Shown: positions 61,533 to 64,000 of the stretch, one piece after another
Position numbering within the stretch: position 1 is the stretch's first letter
Layout of the letters: every line of letters begins with the position of its first letter
Assembly: GCA_965603825.1 (NCBI GenBank)
Contig: CBFDEM010000012.1
Span: forward strand, 434,001 to 498,000
Origin: Blepharisma stoltei ATCC 30299
Taxonomy: Eukaryota; Protista; Ciliophora
DNA: 64,000 nucleotides
Direction: 5' to 3'
Notes under the pieces: generated by a model
Told to the model about the DNA's origin: nothing
What the model saw: only the letters and a program-made list of their open reading frames with translations
Database searches by the model: none
Translations under genes and position numbers: made by a program

Positions 61533-62348
61533 ATGGAGACACTTATCATTGAAAGACCTTCAGAGAACGTCGCTTTAGTCAGACTCAATAGACCAAACAA
61601 AAGAAATGCTATGAATGGAACAATGTTAGACGAGATTGCAAGAACTATGAGCCAACTGTCAGAAGACCCTGATGTCAGGTGCATTGTAATTGCAGGCAAT
61701 GGAAAATGCTTTACCGCAGGCATTGATATCAATTACTTAAAAGATTTGTTTGAAACACATCAAGGAGCTGACCCTGCAAGATCTGGAATTATCGCTAGGC
61801 CTAATATCAAGGCCATGCAAGAAAAAATATCTTCATTAGAGAAATGTTCAAAGCCAGTCATAGTTGCTGTGCATGGGCTTTGTATTGGAGCAGGAGTTGA
61901 TTTTATTACAGCAGCTGATATAAGATACTGCACTACAGATACAATTATTAGTGTTAGAGAAATCAATATTGGGATGGCTGCAGATATAGGGACCTTACAA
62001 AGGCTGCATAAGGTTGTTGGAAATCAATCATGGGCAAGAGACTTGATGTTTTCTGGAAGAGATGTCAAAGCTGCTGAAGCGACAAGTCATGGGCTGTTTT
62101 CTAAATGCTTTGAAAGCAAAGAAAAAGTTTTAGAAGAAGCCTTGAAATTAGCTAACGAAATTGCATCGAAAAGCCCTGTTGCAATTGTAGGAATAAAGAA
62201 GAACTTAATTTACTCAAGAGATCATTCGGTAGAAGAAGGATTGGAGTTTATATTAAACTGAAACTCATTTGCTCTTCAGACCGAAGACACAGTTCAAGCG
62301 ATATTTTCAGCAATGCAGAACACAAAAGCAGTCTTTCCAAAATTATAA
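61533..62348 (+). CDS. ECH1: delta(3,5)-delta(2,4)-dienoyl-CoA isomerase (crotonase family), 271 aa
   Basis: LNRPNKRNAM, FTAGID, AADIGTLQRL, YSRDHSV, N(TGA=W)N..LQTED; ends in PTS1-like PKL. Confidence 0.92.
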
Positions 62349-62384
62349 AGATAAAGCAATTAGTTACTTATAGAATTACACTTA

Positions 62385-63659
62385 CTATTCACTTAAATTT
62401 TCTATTGCATAGTTCGCTATTTTTTCAAACAGCACTTCCATTTTGCACATCTGAGATTCAAGTTTATTTACATTAGCTTTTAAATCTAAAATGCTGATGT
62501 CTCTCTCTGTGTTCATTTCAGATAATTTTAATTTCCTTTCTTTAAACTCTAAAATTCTATTTCTGAGAACCTCAAATTTCTGCAGACTTTCATCATTGTA
62601 TCTTCCCTTTTCATTTATTGTTAAGAAATAAGAGAAGGCAGCTTGTACGCACAATGCAGCTGATTTAGTTTTATATATGCTGCGAAATGCTGATGTCTGC
62701 TTTGTAGTGAACTCTGTCTGCTTTTGTAGGAAAAGGATTATAAATGCTGTAAGTATTGTCCCTAAAAAATATCCCAAAACTGCAAAAAGTCTCCCAATAT
62801 ATGTAAAGGGGGGGTAAATTCCTTGCCCCATTCCACTCATTGTATGATACATGATTCACATTGCACTCAAGGGGTTTTGAAACTTATCAATTTGAAATGG
62901 AGCTATGTCAGCTACTGGTCTTTCATAGATTCTTGTTATAACTCCTAGGAAAATTATAGAAGGCCAAAACAATAAGAAAAGGATGACAATTATCGAATGC
63001 TGGTTCACCAGGCATCTAAAAGAAAATCTCACATTAGCTTTTGTGTTGTTTTGGGTGCAAAAGTTCCTTGCTAGATGGTTTTCATAAGGGGTATAATTTA
63101 TTATAGCTCTATACAGCAAGTAAAGCCTTGTGAACATAATGCTATACATAATTTCGTTGAGAGTATAGCATATATAAATTGTTTCATAATTATTCCTGAA
63201 AGGAATGTAAACATTGACATTCATATAAGGATAAGGAATCATAAAAAGTAATAAAATCTCAAAGAGCCTTATCATGTTCCAAGTTTTCCTCTTTTCTGCT
63301 TTTCTTTGAAGAACACTCTCATAAGGGTTATATCTCGATTTCTGATTATTAAGGTAAGCTATCCAGTGGGATTTTTCTCTATCTCTAATAAATAAAAAAT
63401 TAATTGACAGTAGTGTTGATATAACCAGAGCCAGTTTGTAAGTCTCTATTTCCTTCTCATCAATTGCACAGTTACTGTGGTTTCTTTCACTAGAATATGT
63501 GAATTCATAGTCAATTGAAGCTAAAGCTAATCCTATAGCTGCAAAAAGTGCTGAAACCAGCTCACAAAGCCTTCATTTGTTAAAGAGATGGCTCGATAGA
63601 TCTTCTTTGTCATCGAAATTTTTAGAATTTCCTGTTAAATCTATGAGGCTCACACTCAT
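62385..63659 (-). CDS. SK-like channel subunit with non-canonical pore, 424 aa
   Basis: Same layout as 34930 (DYE, RLYLL, ERP, pore, GR, EFT); pore reads TMSGMGQGIYPP. Confidence 0.8.
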
Positions 63660-63711
63660 AAAATATTTATTTACGCTGATTTATAGATTTGTCATAATAA
63701 TATTAATCATC

Positions 63712-64000
63712 ATGGCAACTTATCAAGACATATACAGCTATATTCACGATTCTCTTGCTCCAGACCTCAACAAATACCAATCAGGCAATCTCGGTGAGCT
63801 AGTCAAAGGCAATTTTACTCTTCCCAAAGAGAAAATAAAATCAATGCCTCTGAGTTCAGTTCTTTCTGAAGCATCTCCAGATAACCGTGAAAAGGCTGAG
63901 CTTCTCTATTACTCTTCAGCTTTTGTTGCATCTAATGAAGCCAGTCCTTTTTCCCTTGATGATGCTTCAAACTGCATTTCTTGCCTCAATTTCATTAAGC
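63712..64000 (+). CDS. 5' part of an unidentified gene (runs off window)
   Basis: ATG 63712, open to the end: MATYQDIYSYIHDSLAPDLNK... Confidence 0.65.
   Translation, partial: MATYQDIYSYIHDSLAPDLNKYQSGNLGELVKGNFTLPKEKIKSMPLSSVLSEASPDNREKAELLYYSSAFVASNEASPFSLDDASNCISCLNFIK

Noticed and set aside
1-64000. Prokaryotic or mitochondrial origin (UGA=Trp, high gene density)
   Set aside because: Spliceosomal introns plus cytosolic RPS9, LSM4, Myb, Rab, adaptin and presequence-bearing mitochondrial proteins indicate nuclear DNA.

Overview
This is gene-dense, AT-rich eukaryotic DNA that behaves like a heterotrich ciliate macronuclear chromosome (Blepharisma-like). TGA is read as Trp, only TAA/TAG terminate genes, and the six introns I could detect are 15-17 nt GT-AG introns. 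The supplied standard-code ORF track is therefore heavily fragmented; re-reading with TGA=Trp and splicing the tiny introns gives about 45 genes. Recognisable genes include RPS9, LSM4, mitochondrial bL12, Rieske ISP, m-AAA protease, a GH13-GT5-CBM48 glucan synthase, CBM20-TPS-TPP, two Myb factors, two SK-type channels, a PLD-type cardiolipin synthase, PSS, TPK, Ndc1-like, gamma-adaptin-like, NAAA/acid ceramidase, and ECH1 plus a decayed ECH1 copy. The most notable observations are: (1) a BRCT-PolX gene head-to-head, 55 bp apart, with an XRCC1-like gene; (2) divergent gene pairs whose start codons are only 6-7 bp apart, one forming the palindrome CATTTATAAATG; (3) apparent UGA avoidance in mitochondrial housekeeping genes; (4) a putative 17-nt intron; (5) a probably catalytically dead TPS domain and a channel with a degenerate K+ filter; (6) a 3.1-kb gene-free tract rich in inverted repeats. 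I recognised no tRNA, rRNA, CRISPR array, telomere or intact transposon. All family calls are motif recognition by eye, not database searches.
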